64,000 nt of DNA from Chitinophagales bacterium (GTDB lineage: Bacteria > Bacteroidota > Bacteroidia > Chitinophagales > JAUHXS01). The stretch spans positions 9,534 through 73,533 of the forward strand of contig CBDBZN010000019.1 in NCBI GenBank assembly GCA_965213575.1. Direction: 5' to 3'. Position 1 is the stretch's first letter, and every line of letters starts with the position of its first letter. A program made the position numbers and the translations under genes. Positions 49,940 through 59,882 of this stretch are shown here, piece after piece. The notes below the pieces were generated by a model. It saw nothing but the letters and a program-made list of their open reading frames with translations, was not told the DNA's origin and made no database searches.

Positions 49940-50710
49940 TTGAGAATTATCAGCTTTTTAAAATATCTGCTAAGAGCTAAATCCAAGCATGGTGTTCACT
50001 CTCCTTTTGTATATGATTTTGTTACAAAGTGTTTGACCTATCCACTTGACGATTCTACAATTTTACCAATAGAAAAGCTCAGAAAAGGCTTATTGCAAAA
50101 TAAACAGACTATCTCAGTCAATGATTATGGAGCAGGATCGAAAGTAAAGAACCAAACCGTACGTTCTATAAAAAGCGTGGTTAAAAGTGCAGCCATTCCT
50201 AAAAAATATGGATTACTACTTGCTAGAATCACTCATCACTATCAAACGAAATCTATTATTGAATTAGGAACTTCATTAGGTATTAGCAGTTTATATTTAT
50301 CGACGAATCCGGATACTACCGTGTATACCATTGAAGGAAGCTCTGCTATTACAGCACTAGCCGCTCAAAATTTTTCGGCACTACATAGAGAAAATGTGCA
50401 TTTAAATTGTGGTAAGTTTGAAGACACATTGCCCGATATTTTAAAAAACTCCTCAGATTTAGATCTTGTATACTTTGATGGCAATCATCAAACTGCTCCT
50501 ACCATTGATTATTTCGAGCAATGCCTATCGAAAGTTCACAATGATTCCATATTTGTTTTTGATGACATCCACTGGTCACGTGATATGGAAAAAGCTTGGA
50601 AATACATACAAGCACACCCAAAGGTTACCGTCACATTAGACCTATACCGTATGGGCATCGTTTTCTTTAGGCAGGAACAAGCTAAAGAGCATTTTGTGAT
50701 ACTTTATTGA
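49940..50710 (+). CDS. class I SAM-dependent methyltransferase (O-methyltransferase-like)
   Basis: IIELGTSLGISSLYL (motif I), LVYFDGNH, FVFDDIHWS. Confidence 0.6.
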   Translation: MRIISFLKYLLRAKSKHGVHSPFVYDFVTKCLTYPLDDSTILPIEKLRKGLLQNKQTISVNDYGAGSKVKNQTVRSIKSVVKSAAIPKKYGLLLARITHHYQTKSIIELGTSLGISSLYLSTNPDTTVYTIEGSSAITALAAQNFSALHRENVHLNCGKFEDTLPDILKNSSDLDLVYFDGNHQTAPTIDYFEQCLSKVHNDSIFVFDDIHWSRDMEKAWKYIQAHPKVTVTLDLYRMGIVFFRQEQAKEHFVILY

Positions 50711-50801
50711 AATAGTCACTTAAGCGAGCAAGGAAACGTACGCGACGTTATTCTAGAACAACTCGATATTTGCAATCAAAAGGCAGTCATTTATTAATAT
50801 T

Positions 50802-52310
50802 TCAAAAAATATCATCTCTCGAAAGCGGCCGCTCTGCTTGTCGCCACTGAAATCCTCTTAGTATAAAATTGGCAGGATCAATTTGTTGAATAGGTGAAAA
50901 AGTAGCATCAGGCTTCGATAAAAATGTTATTTGATCAACATCTTCATCTTCCATATAAATCCACATTTTGCTGCAAATGGATTTATTAACCCCGATATAT
51001 TGCCCGGAATCATTTTTTGCATAATAGATGCTTTCGCCATTACCCTCAACTAACAGTTTATTAAGCTGCCCTTTGGTAAAGTATCCGTAAATATTTTTCC
51101 CTTTTATTTGATTGAATAGAAGTGAATGCGGTTGATTGATCATAAAAGCAGACTTTTTAAGCACAATATGATCTAACTCTTTATTTGCTAAATACATGGT
51201 GATCGAGTCTGCCGTCATTTGATTTTCCTCCGACCAAATAATGGGATCTTTATACATCGTAATCATTGAATCTGCTTCGTCATAAATGAGAGAATCGCAT
51301 GTCCCTTGCAGGTCATATTTATAAATCTTAACATTATTAAAGGCGTAAATAATTCTTTTCTGAGAAGCGGTATCTTCAATAGCGATTAATGTATCTGCTC
51401 CTAAATAAAGTGAATCATCATTAGTAATGTAAATAAAATAAGCGCTATCAGTTGCATTGACCGCATTCTCTTTTTCATTAAAATATAAATAATTGCTTCT
51501 TACAACAGTTTGAGCGGCTGTATCTTTACTTTCTACATCAAAAAATGCCCTTCCAGTACCATTTTTTTTATCATACCAGATGCTGTCAGCAGAAAGCGTT
51601 TGTGCTCCATCAACGATATGTGCTCTATTATATAAAATAGATTTGCCATTTTTAGAATCATAATATCCTGCATTACAATATATAATGTTATCCTTACTGA
51701 CAATAACCGTAGAATCATAAAAGTAAGATATCTTTGAATCAATATTATATTGTAAAGTATCTGCTGTTAAAGTGAATTCAGGATTTGTTAAACTTACCTT
51801 CCCACTAAAAAAGGTAGTTTTAGTGTCGGGATAATAAAATCCTTTTTTACTGATCAAAGTATTTTCTCCATCTACTATGGTTGCTCCCATATAATAACGA
51901 GCGACCTTATCTCTTATATTATAAAATAATTCCTCAGTAGTTATTATCATACTCCCGGATTCCAGACTTACATTTTTTCTTAATATGGCGTCTTTTATAC
52001 CATTATCAAATTCAAGATAATTTGAATAAATAGTCAAACTATCTCCTTGTTTGATCTTGATATTATTAAAGGCATCTATACTATTATCTGGATAAATATA
52101 GGCACTATCACAATCCATAAAGACATCTTCTTGCTGCAATTTTACATCTCCTATTAATTTTTTGATTTTCATTCCGTTAATTTCTTCAAAACGAAACCGG
52201 TCAGCATTAATGATTTTTACATTCTTTTGTGCTAGAAGTAGATTACAGAATAATAGCAATGCGAAGAATATAGCGTTTTGCAGTTTATAATTACAAATTC
52301 TAACAGGCAT
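50802..52310 (-). CDS. OstA/LptA-like repeat protein
   Basis: Signal peptide, then repeated beta-jellyroll-like units (IINADRFRFEE..., GDVKLQQEDVFMDCDSAYIY, ...ADSIWYDKKNG...) as in Bacteroidota OstA-like proteins. Lies in the lptD neighbourhood. Confidence 0.55.
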   Translation of the reverse strand: MPVRICNYKLQNAIFFALLLFCNLLLAQKNVKIINADRFRFEEINGMKIKKLIGDVKLQQEDVFMDCDSAYIYPDNSIDAFNNIKIKQGDSLTIYSNYLEFDNGIKDAILRKNVSLESGSMIITTEELFYNIRDKVARYYMGATIVDGENTLISKKGFYYPDTKTTFFSGKVSLTNPEFTLTADTLQYNIDSKISYFYDSTVIVSKDNIIYCNAGYYDSKNGKSILYNRAHIVDGAQTLSADSIWYDKKNGTGRAFFDVESKDTAAQTVVRSNYLYFNEKENAVNATDSAYFIYITNDDSLYLGADTLIAIEDTASQKRIIYAFNNVKIYKYDLQGTCDSLIYDEADSMITMYKDPIIWSEENQMTADSITMYLANKELDHIVLKKSAFMINQPHSLLFNQIKGKNIYGYFTKGQLNKLLVEGNGESIYYAKNDSGQYIGVNKSICSKMWIYMEDEDVDQITFLSKPDATFSPIQQIDPANFILRGFQWRQAERPLSRDDIF

Positions 52311-52335
52311 GCAGCGAAGGGTATAAAAAAGCTAG

Positions 52336-53319
52336 TTATTCGGCTTTACGATTCATCTTTTCAACTTGCTTCTCATTTTTTCCTAGTGGAGAAAGATATT
52401 TATTAGGATTGTTCTGGAACTCCTTTAATACTTTATCTAATTCTTTTGCGGAATTACTTAGGTTATAATATAATTGATTATCATTGACTAATAAACCTAA
52501 AGAACCTTCTCCTCTTTCAATTTTCTGCATAATTTCAGATAATTGAATCATACTGGTTTCTGCACTATTGATTGCTTCGGCAAAACGAGAATTAGCTACA
52601 GCAGAAGTGATTAAAGTAGCATTATCAACTATTTGGGAAAGCGAATCATTCATACGAGCAACATTTCCGGTTATAGACTCTACATTTGTCATAATTCCAT
52701 CTAATCTCGTTCCTACCATTATATCCATTTTAGCAGATATTTTATTAATATTATCAAGCGTCTCATTTATATTCATTACGCCCCCTTGTATATTTTCTCT
52801 TGTTTCTTTATTAAAAATAGATTGCACCAAAATCAAAACTGTATCCATTGATGCTAGTAAACTTTCTGCTTTTATTTTGACCGGTAAAATTTGAGAAGTT
52901 ACTTGAGAAGCTAAGCTTTCTTGCGATTCAGAAATTAAGGTATCATGATCTTTCACCCAAATCTGCGAATTTCCCAAGCGAAGTTCAATGGCTTTCGTAC
53001 CCAATATATCTGCACTGGTTACAATAGCCGTGGTATTAACCGGAATTTTTAAATCATTTTTTACAATAAATCTTACTAAAATGCCATCATTGCCATTATT
53101 AATTAAGTTCATATCTGTGATCTGGCCTACTTTCATACCTTTTAAAAGAACGGAATTAGCTACTTGCAAACCATCAATAGATTCATACTGAGCATATAAA
53201 GTAACCTCTTTGCTAAAAAGATCTCTACCCTTAAGAAAGTTATAACCTAATATTAAAATAGTTAGTGCTACAACAGCTAATACACCTACCTTTGTTTCGT
53301 TTGATATTTTTAAAGCCAA
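52336..53319 (-). CDS. MlaD/MCE family protein
   Basis: N-terminal TM (VGVLAVVALTILILGYNFL), an MCE domain (GLQVANSVLLKGMKVGQI) and a long helical C-terminus. Confidence 0.7.
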   Translation of the reverse strand: MALKISNETKVGVLAVVALTILILGYNFLKGRDLFSKEVTLYAQYESIDGLQVANSVLLKGMKVGQITDMNLINNGNDGILVRFIVKNDLKIPVNTTAIVTSADILGTKAIELRLGNSQIWVKDHDTLISESQESLASQVTSQILPVKIKAESLLASMDTVLILVQSIFNKETRENIQGGVMNINETLDNINKISAKMDIMVGTRLDGIMTNVESITGNVARMNDSLSQIVDNATLITSAVANSRFAEAINSAETSMIQLSEIMQKIERGEGSLGLLVNDNQLYYNLSNSAKELDKVLKEFQNNPNKYLSPLGKNEKQVEKMNRKAE

Positions 53320-53382
53320 AACTTATTGTATTAATGTATCCAAAATTAAGCATTATCATTCAGAAACAGAATTAAATAATTG

Positions 53383-54579
53383 TTATTCCTGTAGAATCTG
53401 TTTTGCTTCTTGTACGGTGATCTTATCTTCTCCTTTATAAGCAACTAAAAAAGCTTCTTCAAAACCGGCATTTCTCAATTTTGACTGAGCAGTCACCGCA
53501 TCTCGAATATTCATAAATTTGCCCACCTGACACTTTACATGCGTATTATTATAATTTACTAAATGGATGACATAGCTATCATCCAGATTTTTAACGGTAG
53601 CTCTATTAAAAGGAGCTTTAAAAATTCCAATTTGAACTCTATAATAAACTTCCTGTTTTATAGGTGGCATTTGCTCTACTTTTACATTAGCTTCAGTATT
53701 AACAGGATTTTTAGATTCAACAGGAATAATTCTTACAACAGAATCTACCGTAAGTACTTGAGGTGGTTCTTCCTCCACTACTTCTTTAAAAACCTCATTA
53801 TCGCTATTTAACTTTATGTAACGAGCATCAATTTCTTCTTTATAATCTCTAACTGCTCGAAATATAGCAGAAGCTAGATAATCCTGGCCTTGTTCAGAGT
53901 TTAAAAACATTTCCTCTTCTCTATTAGTCAAAAAACCTGTTTCTACTAAAACACTTGGCATAGTTGTTTTGAATAAAACGATGAAGCCGGCCTGGTGAAC
54001 ACCTCTACTTTTCCTACTTACTCTTTCTGAGAACTGTTCTTCTATTTTTGAAGCCAATGATATACTATGGCCAATATTCGTATTTTGATATAGAGAAAAT
54101 ATTATATACGCTTCTGTAGAATTTGGGTCAAAGCCATCATACTTTTGAGCATAATTTTCTTCCTCTAAAATTACCGCATTTTCTCGTTGTGCTACAGATA
54201 AATTTGCATCTGTTTTGTGCAATCCCATTACATATGTCTCTGTACCATAAGGCACTGTAGATGTATTAGCATTGCAATGAATAGAAATAAATAAGTCTGC
54301 GCCATTTCTATTAGCAATAGCTGCACGTTCATCTAACTCAATAAAAACATCTTTCTTACGGGTGTATATGACCTTAACATCAGGAATTAGCTCATCAATA
54401 TACTTTCCAACTTTTAATGCTACAGCAAGCGTAATATCTTTTTCATTTGATTTTACACCATGGCAGCCGGGGTCTTTTCCACCATGCCCGGCGTCAATAA
54501 CTACTGTTTTAATCAATCCCTTAGGTTCAGTTTGAGCAACTAGCTGATTGCTAAAAAATAGACTGCTGCACAATATCAA
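53383..54579 (-). CDS. N-acetylmuramoyl-L-alanine amidase (Amidase_3) with C-terminal SPOR domain
   Basis: VVIDAGHGGKDPG, SIHCNA, ETGFLTN. C-terminal YRVQIGIFKAP...GKFMNIRDAVTAQSKLRNAGFEEAFLV resembles SPOR. The TTG start gives a very short signal peptide (see finding on the A9 run). Confidence 0.8.
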   Translation of the reverse strand: MILCSSLFFSNQLVAQTEPKGLIKTVVIDAGHGGKDPGCHGVKSNEKDITLAVALKVGKYIDELIPDVKVIYTRKKDVFIELDERAAIANRNGADLFISIHCNANTSTVPYGTETYVMGLHKTDANLSVAQRENAVILEEENYAQKYDGFDPNSTEAYIIFSLYQNTNIGHSISLASKIEEQFSERVSRKSRGVHQAGFIVLFKTTMPSVLVETGFLTNREEEMFLNSEQGQDYLASAIFRAVRDYKEEIDARYIKLNSDNEVFKEVVEEEPPQVLTVDSVVRIIPVESKNPVNTEANVKVEQMPPIKQEVYYRVQIGIFKAPFNRATVKNLDDSYVIHLVNYNNTHVKCQVGKFMNIRDAVTAQSKLRNAGFEEAFLVAYKGEDKITVQEAKQILQE

Positions 54580-54700
54580 AGTAAAAAAAAACGCTTATCT
54601 CAAGAGAGACAATCATTTTTTCTATAGTATTATAAAGACTTTGCTTAGTTTTGACCATCTATAGATTTTTACTTAAATCTCCTGCAAAGATAAATACATC

Positions 54701-57307
54701 GTGCAATTATTTATAAGGATAATAATATTTACACTATGTTTTCTAATTTATTCTCAATTCAACAGCTTATCAGCCAATATTTATATTTATCCGGATACGA
54801 TTAAAGCACCGGATTCGATATTAATTCAAACGTCTGATACCACTGATTTAGTACCTGATACGCTCAGCCCATCATCAAATAAACTTAATTTTCCGATCAG
54901 TAAAGATCCGATTGAAGCGGAAGTAAAATATGATGCTGAAGATTCCATTAATTTTAATATTACCGAACAAAAAGCCTATCTCTATGGCAATGCAAACGTT
55001 TCATATAAGGAGATCAGCTTAAATGCAGATTATATCATTTTTGATTGGGGAAAAAAGCTAATCATCGCAGAAGGAATTAAAGATTCTAATGGTGTTTTAC
55101 AAGGCAATCCAATATTTACTGATGCAGATAAAGTATATAACTCTGAAAAGATCGTCTACAATTATGATACGAAAAAAGGGAAAATATATAAGGTTTTAAC
55201 GGAAGAAAGTGGCGGATACGTACACGGAGAGCAGGTTAAAAAAAATGAAAAGGATGAGATGTTTATCAAAGATGCTAAATATACTACGTGTAATCTTCCA
55301 GACCCTCACTTTGCTTTACGGATCAATAAACTTAAAGTTATTCCTGACAAACAAATTGTAGCAGGCCCTGCTTTGCTTGAAGTAGAAGACATTCCAACAC
55401 CGTTATTTCTACCATTTGGCATCTTTCCTTTACATAAACAACAGGCGTCGGGTATCTTATTCCCAACCTATGGATTTTCTACCGGGCAAGGATATTATCT
55501 TAGAAATGGAGGTTATTATTTTGGCATCAGTGACCAATTTGACATACAATTGAGAGGAGACATTTATTCTAGAGGCAGCTGGGGTTTAGGAAGTGCTTTT
55601 CGCTTTGTAAAAAGATATAACTATGATGGAAATTTAGATGTTCGCTACTCTGTTAATAAAATAGGCATCCCTGAATCACCTACTTATTCTTCTACCAGAA
55701 ACTTCAGTATCACCTCAAGGTTCGCAATTGACCAAAAAAAATGGCCCAATACCGATTTAAATGCTGATATAGAGATTAAAACTCGTGGATATGATAGAAA
55801 TAATTCATATAATCCAAATGACTTTTTAAATAATCAGCTTAATTCGGCTATCAACTTTATTAAAATATTTCCACGATCACCTTTTACCTTAACGACCAGT
55901 TTGCGACACAATCAAAATATCCAAACAGGCCAACTTAACCTTACATTACCTGACTTAGCCTTAACCATGAATCGTCTCTACCCGTTTAGGCGTAAAATTC
56001 CTATAGGAGAAAAAAAATGGTATGAAAAGGTAAATGTAAATTATGCACTCGTAGGAAGAAATGAATTATCAACTTTTGATTCGCTTATTTTCAGTAGCCC
56101 TGATATTTTAGATGATTTTCAAAATGGAATAAGGCATACAGCTAATATCGGCTTTGGAACATATAAAATCATGAAATATTTCAATTTAGGTATACTTCCA
56201 AATCTTCAATATAATGAATATTGGTATTTCAAAACTATTTCCAAGGTATATAATCCGGAATTGGATACTGTTTTTGTGAACGATATAAACGGATTTCAAA
56301 CAGCTCGTGAGTTAAATGGCATCAGCACTGACTTAACTACAAATTTATATGGGCTTTATAACTTTAAAAAGGGAAAAATAAGAGCCATTCGCCACCAGAT
56401 GACTCCAAGAGTATCGGCTAGGTATAACATTGATTTCAGCGATCCTCGATGGGGTTATTATGAAACGGTTCAAACAGACAGCACCGGAAATAATTTTGAG
56501 ACTTATTCTCGATTTCAAAATGGTGTAGTTGGTGGGCCCGGACAAGGAGAATTTGGTGGAATTGATTTTTCTCTTAGAAATAATATTGGTGCAAAAATAG
56601 CATCAAAAAAAGATACCCTAGGCAACCTTAAAAAAATCTCTATTTTAGATCAACTATCTCTTTCAACCAGTTATAACATCATTGCGGACTCTTTAAAATG
56701 GGCTCCGGTTGTAATTTCCGGCAATACGCGGATCGCAGAAAGAATAAATATTAATTTTAGCAGTACTTTAGATCCGTATGTCACAACTTTAGATAATCAG
56801 AGAATCAATACTTTCTTGTTTGATGATAATAATCAATTAGCCCGATTGACCAGAGCTTCGTTGAATGTCAGTACCAGCCTACGATCTACTTTAAGCAATC
56901 AAACAGAAAAAGAGCAGGAAGCTAATGCCTTAGTTAATCAATATCCGGATGATTATGTAAATTTTAATATTCCGTGGGATATAACCGTTAATTATAACGT
57001 AAATTTGACTAATACTTTTGTCAATCAAGTAGATACAACACTTATTACTCAATCACTTACCTTCAATACTAACCTTTCACTCACTCCTAAATGGAAAATC
57101 AGCATACAATCAGGTTATGATTTTGTAAGCAAAAAAGTAACTTCTAATACCTCCTTCGGTATATTTAGAGATTTACATTGTTGGGAAATGAGTTTTAACA
57201 TCATACCTTTTGGCAGGTGGCAGAATTATAATTTTACGATCCGCCCTAAATCTACTGTATTACAAGATTTAAAGTTGACAAGGAAAAGAGATTGGTTTGA
57301 TAATTAG
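54701..57307 (+). CDS. lptD: LPS-assembly outer membrane protein LptD-like
   Basis: 868 aa. N-terminal OstA-like segment (YDAEDSINFNITEQKAYLYGNANVSYKEISLNADYIIFDW) followed by a long beta-barrel-like region rich in alternating aromatic residues. GTG start. Confidence 0.6.
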   Translation: MQLFIRIIIFTLCFLIYSQFNSLSANIYIYPDTIKAPDSILIQTSDTTDLVPDTLSPSSNKLNFPISKDPIEAEVKYDAEDSINFNITEQKAYLYGNANVSYKEISLNADYIIFDWGKKLIIAEGIKDSNGVLQGNPIFTDADKVYNSEKIVYNYDTKKGKIYKVLTEESGGYVHGEQVKKNEKDEMFIKDAKYTTCNLPDPHFALRINKLKVIPDKQIVAGPALLEVEDIPTPLFLPFGIFPLHKQQASGILFPTYGFSTGQGYYLRNGGYYFGISDQFDIQLRGDIYSRGSWGLGSAFRFVKRYNYDGNLDVRYSVNKIGIPESPTYSSTRNFSITSRFAIDQKKWPNTDLNADIEIKTRGYDRNNSYNPNDFLNNQLNSAINFIKIFPRSPFTLTTSLRHNQNIQTGQLNLTLPDLALTMNRLYPFRRKIPIGEKKWYEKVNVNYALVGRNELSTFDSLIFSSPDILDDFQNGIRHTANIGFGTYKIMKYFNLGILPNLQYNEYWYFKTISKVYNPELDTVFVNDINGFQTARELNGISTDLTTNLYGLYNFKKGKIRAIRHQMTPRVSARYNIDFSDPRWGYYETVQTDSTGNNFETYSRFQNGVVGGPGQGEFGGIDFSLRNNIGAKIASKKDTLGNLKKISILDQLSLSTSYNIIADSLKWAPVVISGNTRIAERININFSSTLDPYVTTLDNQRINTFLFDDNNQLARLTRASLNVSTSLRSTLSNQTEKEQEANALVNQYPDDYVNFNIPWDITVNYNVNLTNTFVNQVDTTLITQSLTFNTNLSLTPKWKISIQSGYDFVSKKVTSNTSFGIFRDLHCWEMSFNIIPFGRWQNYNFTIRPKSTVLQDLKLTRKRDWFDN

Positions 57308-57330
57308 GAATTTAGTTTAGAGCTAAGAGT

Positions 57331-57380
57331 TTCAAGGCTTATTTGTGAGGAAAATAAGCCTTGAATTTGTTGCTTTTTTC
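57331..57380 (+). terminator. rho-independent terminator after lptD (built from repeat sequence)
   Basis: 14-bp perfect stem ttcaaggcttattt / aaataagccttgaa (57331-57344 and 57352-57365), loop gtgagga, followed by tttgttgctttttt. Confidence 0.7.
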
Positions 57381-57527
57381 TTATAAAATCAACAAAATAT
57401 TGCTAAAAACCACTTCGATATTTAGGTATTTTTCGAATATTCCTAACTAAACAATGATTTAACTTTAATTGAAGCCAGTCACGTTATTAGGCATGAATAA
57501 TAGATAATAATTCTAAATTCTGAATTC
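57331..57527 (-). repeat. intergenic mosaic repeat, copy C (inverted, truncated)
   Basis: The reverse complement of 57351-57419 aligns with 62288-62362 (atcgaGgta.tttttagcaatatttt...aattcaaggcttatttt). 57487-57525 carries the reverse complement of the ...agaattt...gtgcctaa junction. Confidence 0.7.
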
Positions 57528-57603
57528 GTAACTAATATTATGAGATGCTTCTCTCCGTTTCACTACACTCAACATGACGAGACGGAGAACTCTAAATTCC
57601 AAA

Positions 57604-59882
57604 CTAGAACGGATACCCAATTGCAAAGTTATATACCACTTGTGATGCTCCAATTCTCCAGCGCTCTCCCAAAGGAAAGGCAGGGTCTCGCAACGGATAA
57701 CCCATATCAAAGCGAAGGATGAAAAAACTAAAGTCAAACCGTAAACCAAATCCTGCGCCGATAGCTATTTCATTTACAAAAGTATTCCCTTGAAATTCTG
57801 CTCCGGGACGGCTCGGATCAGGCTTTAACGTCCATATATTACCTGCATCTGCAAAAAGTGCTCCTTTTATTAGCCCTACAATAGGAAAGCGATATTCAAC
57901 ATTAGCTTCCAGCTGGATATCTCCAGTTTGGTCAAACAAAGCAATACTGGCTACTTCATCGGGATCAGCACTATAAGAACCCGGGCCTAGGCTCCGTACT
58001 CTCCAAGCTCTTAAACTATTCGGCCCCCCCGCAAAAAACTGCTTGATGTACGGCATAACCTCAGAATTACCATAGGGAACGCCAATTCCTCCGCCCAAGC
58101 GATATATTAAGGTTTGTCTTTTATTTAATACATAATAATAAGTAATATCTAAATCAAATCGGGCATACTGAGAAAAGTCGATGCCCAATACTTTATATTT
58201 AACATCGCTACCTGAAGAAGAAGTAAAAAGTTGAGAACCTGCTCTTAAAGCATTTCCGGCTAATTCTATATCTGCTTGAAAATTGATAAAGTTTCTAATA
58301 ATATTTTTTCGCTTATTATTATAAATAAATGTATACGCTGCACCTAAAATAAGCTGATCGCTAAAGCTACTTCTATAAAAATTACTAACGCCTAAGATTT
58401 CTTCAAACTTAGCAGTAGTATTTGTCAGTTTATTATAACTTAATGTGATTGGCGTTACAATGTGGCGTTTAAAACGCGTTTCATGCCAATCATAACTGAA
58501 AGCAAAATTAGTGCTGTTTAAGGTGTAAAATTCTTGCCTGGTGTAAAAGCTATAGCTCGATGAAACATGAGTAGTAGGATTAAAAGATTTGGATAATTTT
58601 CGAAGTTTAATAAATGGCATAATAAATCTAGGGAAATAAAAGTCTGCCCCCAGCGTAAGGTTAGAAGAAACAAATTAGGCTGCCCCTCACTAAACTGAAA
58701 CTCCACCCCTCCCCTAAAATTAAGCGTGAATAAATCTGCCAATCCAAATAAATTTCTTCTGTTATAAGTTGTTTTTACAGCTGAGCCCAAAGTTTGTTGA
58801 TAATCGGTATTACTTGCTTCAATCTCTACTTGAATATCATTTTTCTTTTCAGGAGTTAAATAGATATAACTAGTCAACATCTGCAAACTGTCTATAGGAT
58901 TAAACTTAACACTGGCATACCGGAAGGAGTACAAGGCTGATAAACGGCTTATCGTTAACAAATGATTGTTTAAGTTATAAATATCGCCGTGTTGAAAATA
59001 TATATGATTAATTAATACAGAAGGCCTGTACTCTAATTTATTAAACAAAATATGATAGCCTTTAACATCATAATTTAAAGTATCAACCGGATTTTTTTGA
59101 GTTTCGTCGGGATAGATGTATATATCGCCGATTTTATAAATTTTATCATTTCCTCCTTCTACCGCTAAAAAAACATCAACAGACAAATTATATTTACTAT
59201 CTAAGGTATCTACCGAAAAGGATATATTTTCGATACTTGCCCTATAGTATCCTTTATTTCTTAACTCAGTAGTAATCCGGTCTCTTTCTAATTTAAAATT
59301 ATCTATATCATAATTGCTGCCTATTTGCAAATAACTTTTTTGAGCACTTGCTTCCATAATAGATTGCATTTTTTCATTTTCACATTTAAAGGCAATTTGC
59401 TTAACTATGTATGGTTGGCCTGACTCTACTAAATACTTAATGGTAACTTTCTTTTATTAAATTTTGTAATAGCATTGACTTGTGCATCAAAATAACCTTT
59501 ATTGAATAAGTATTTTTCCATATTCTCCTCAGATCGAGATAATAAGGCTGTATCTAATAGTACTGGCGGTTCTCCGAATACATTTTTCATCCAATTTCTG
59601 TATTTACCTTTTCTCTCCTTTTTTAAAGCTCTATTATAAAACCTTAGCTTCACCCTGAACAACCCTAAGAAATTTTTTATTAGGCTGTTGAATCGCTACT
59701 TTGTTTAATGCATTTTTAAGGTTATTTTTATCCACAACCTCACTATCATCAGAAAATATTACATCGTTATCTATTAACAAATATTCATTCTTAGTCAAAT
59801 ATTTGGTATTGCTACAACTGCTTACGAAAGCTGCTAAGGAAAGGATTAATAAGAATTTATAAATATAGTTATCCCAAATCAT
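57604..59882 (-). pseudogene. BamA/TamA (Omp85) family outer membrane protein broken into four ORFs by three frameshifts
   Basis: N-terminal lipoprotein-like signal (LAAFVSSCS), POTRA-like segments, and a C-terminal D15 barrel (FFAGGPNSLRAWRVRSLGPG ... FAIGYPF*). The pieces 59894-59634, 59662-59429, 59369-58518 and 58620-57604 are in different frames and join colinearly. Confidence 0.8.

Noticed and set aside
57549-57589. Hairpin tctccgt...acggaga just downstream of the Omp85 stop
   Set aside because: It has only a 7-bp stem, a loop of about 23 nt and no T tract. Support is too weak to call a terminator.
57513-57749. 78-aa minus-strand and 60-aa plus-strand (57540..57722) ORFs at the 3' end of the Omp85 gene
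   Set aside because: They overlap the well-supported Omp85 C-terminal barrel segment and repeat copy C. They are shadow ORFs.
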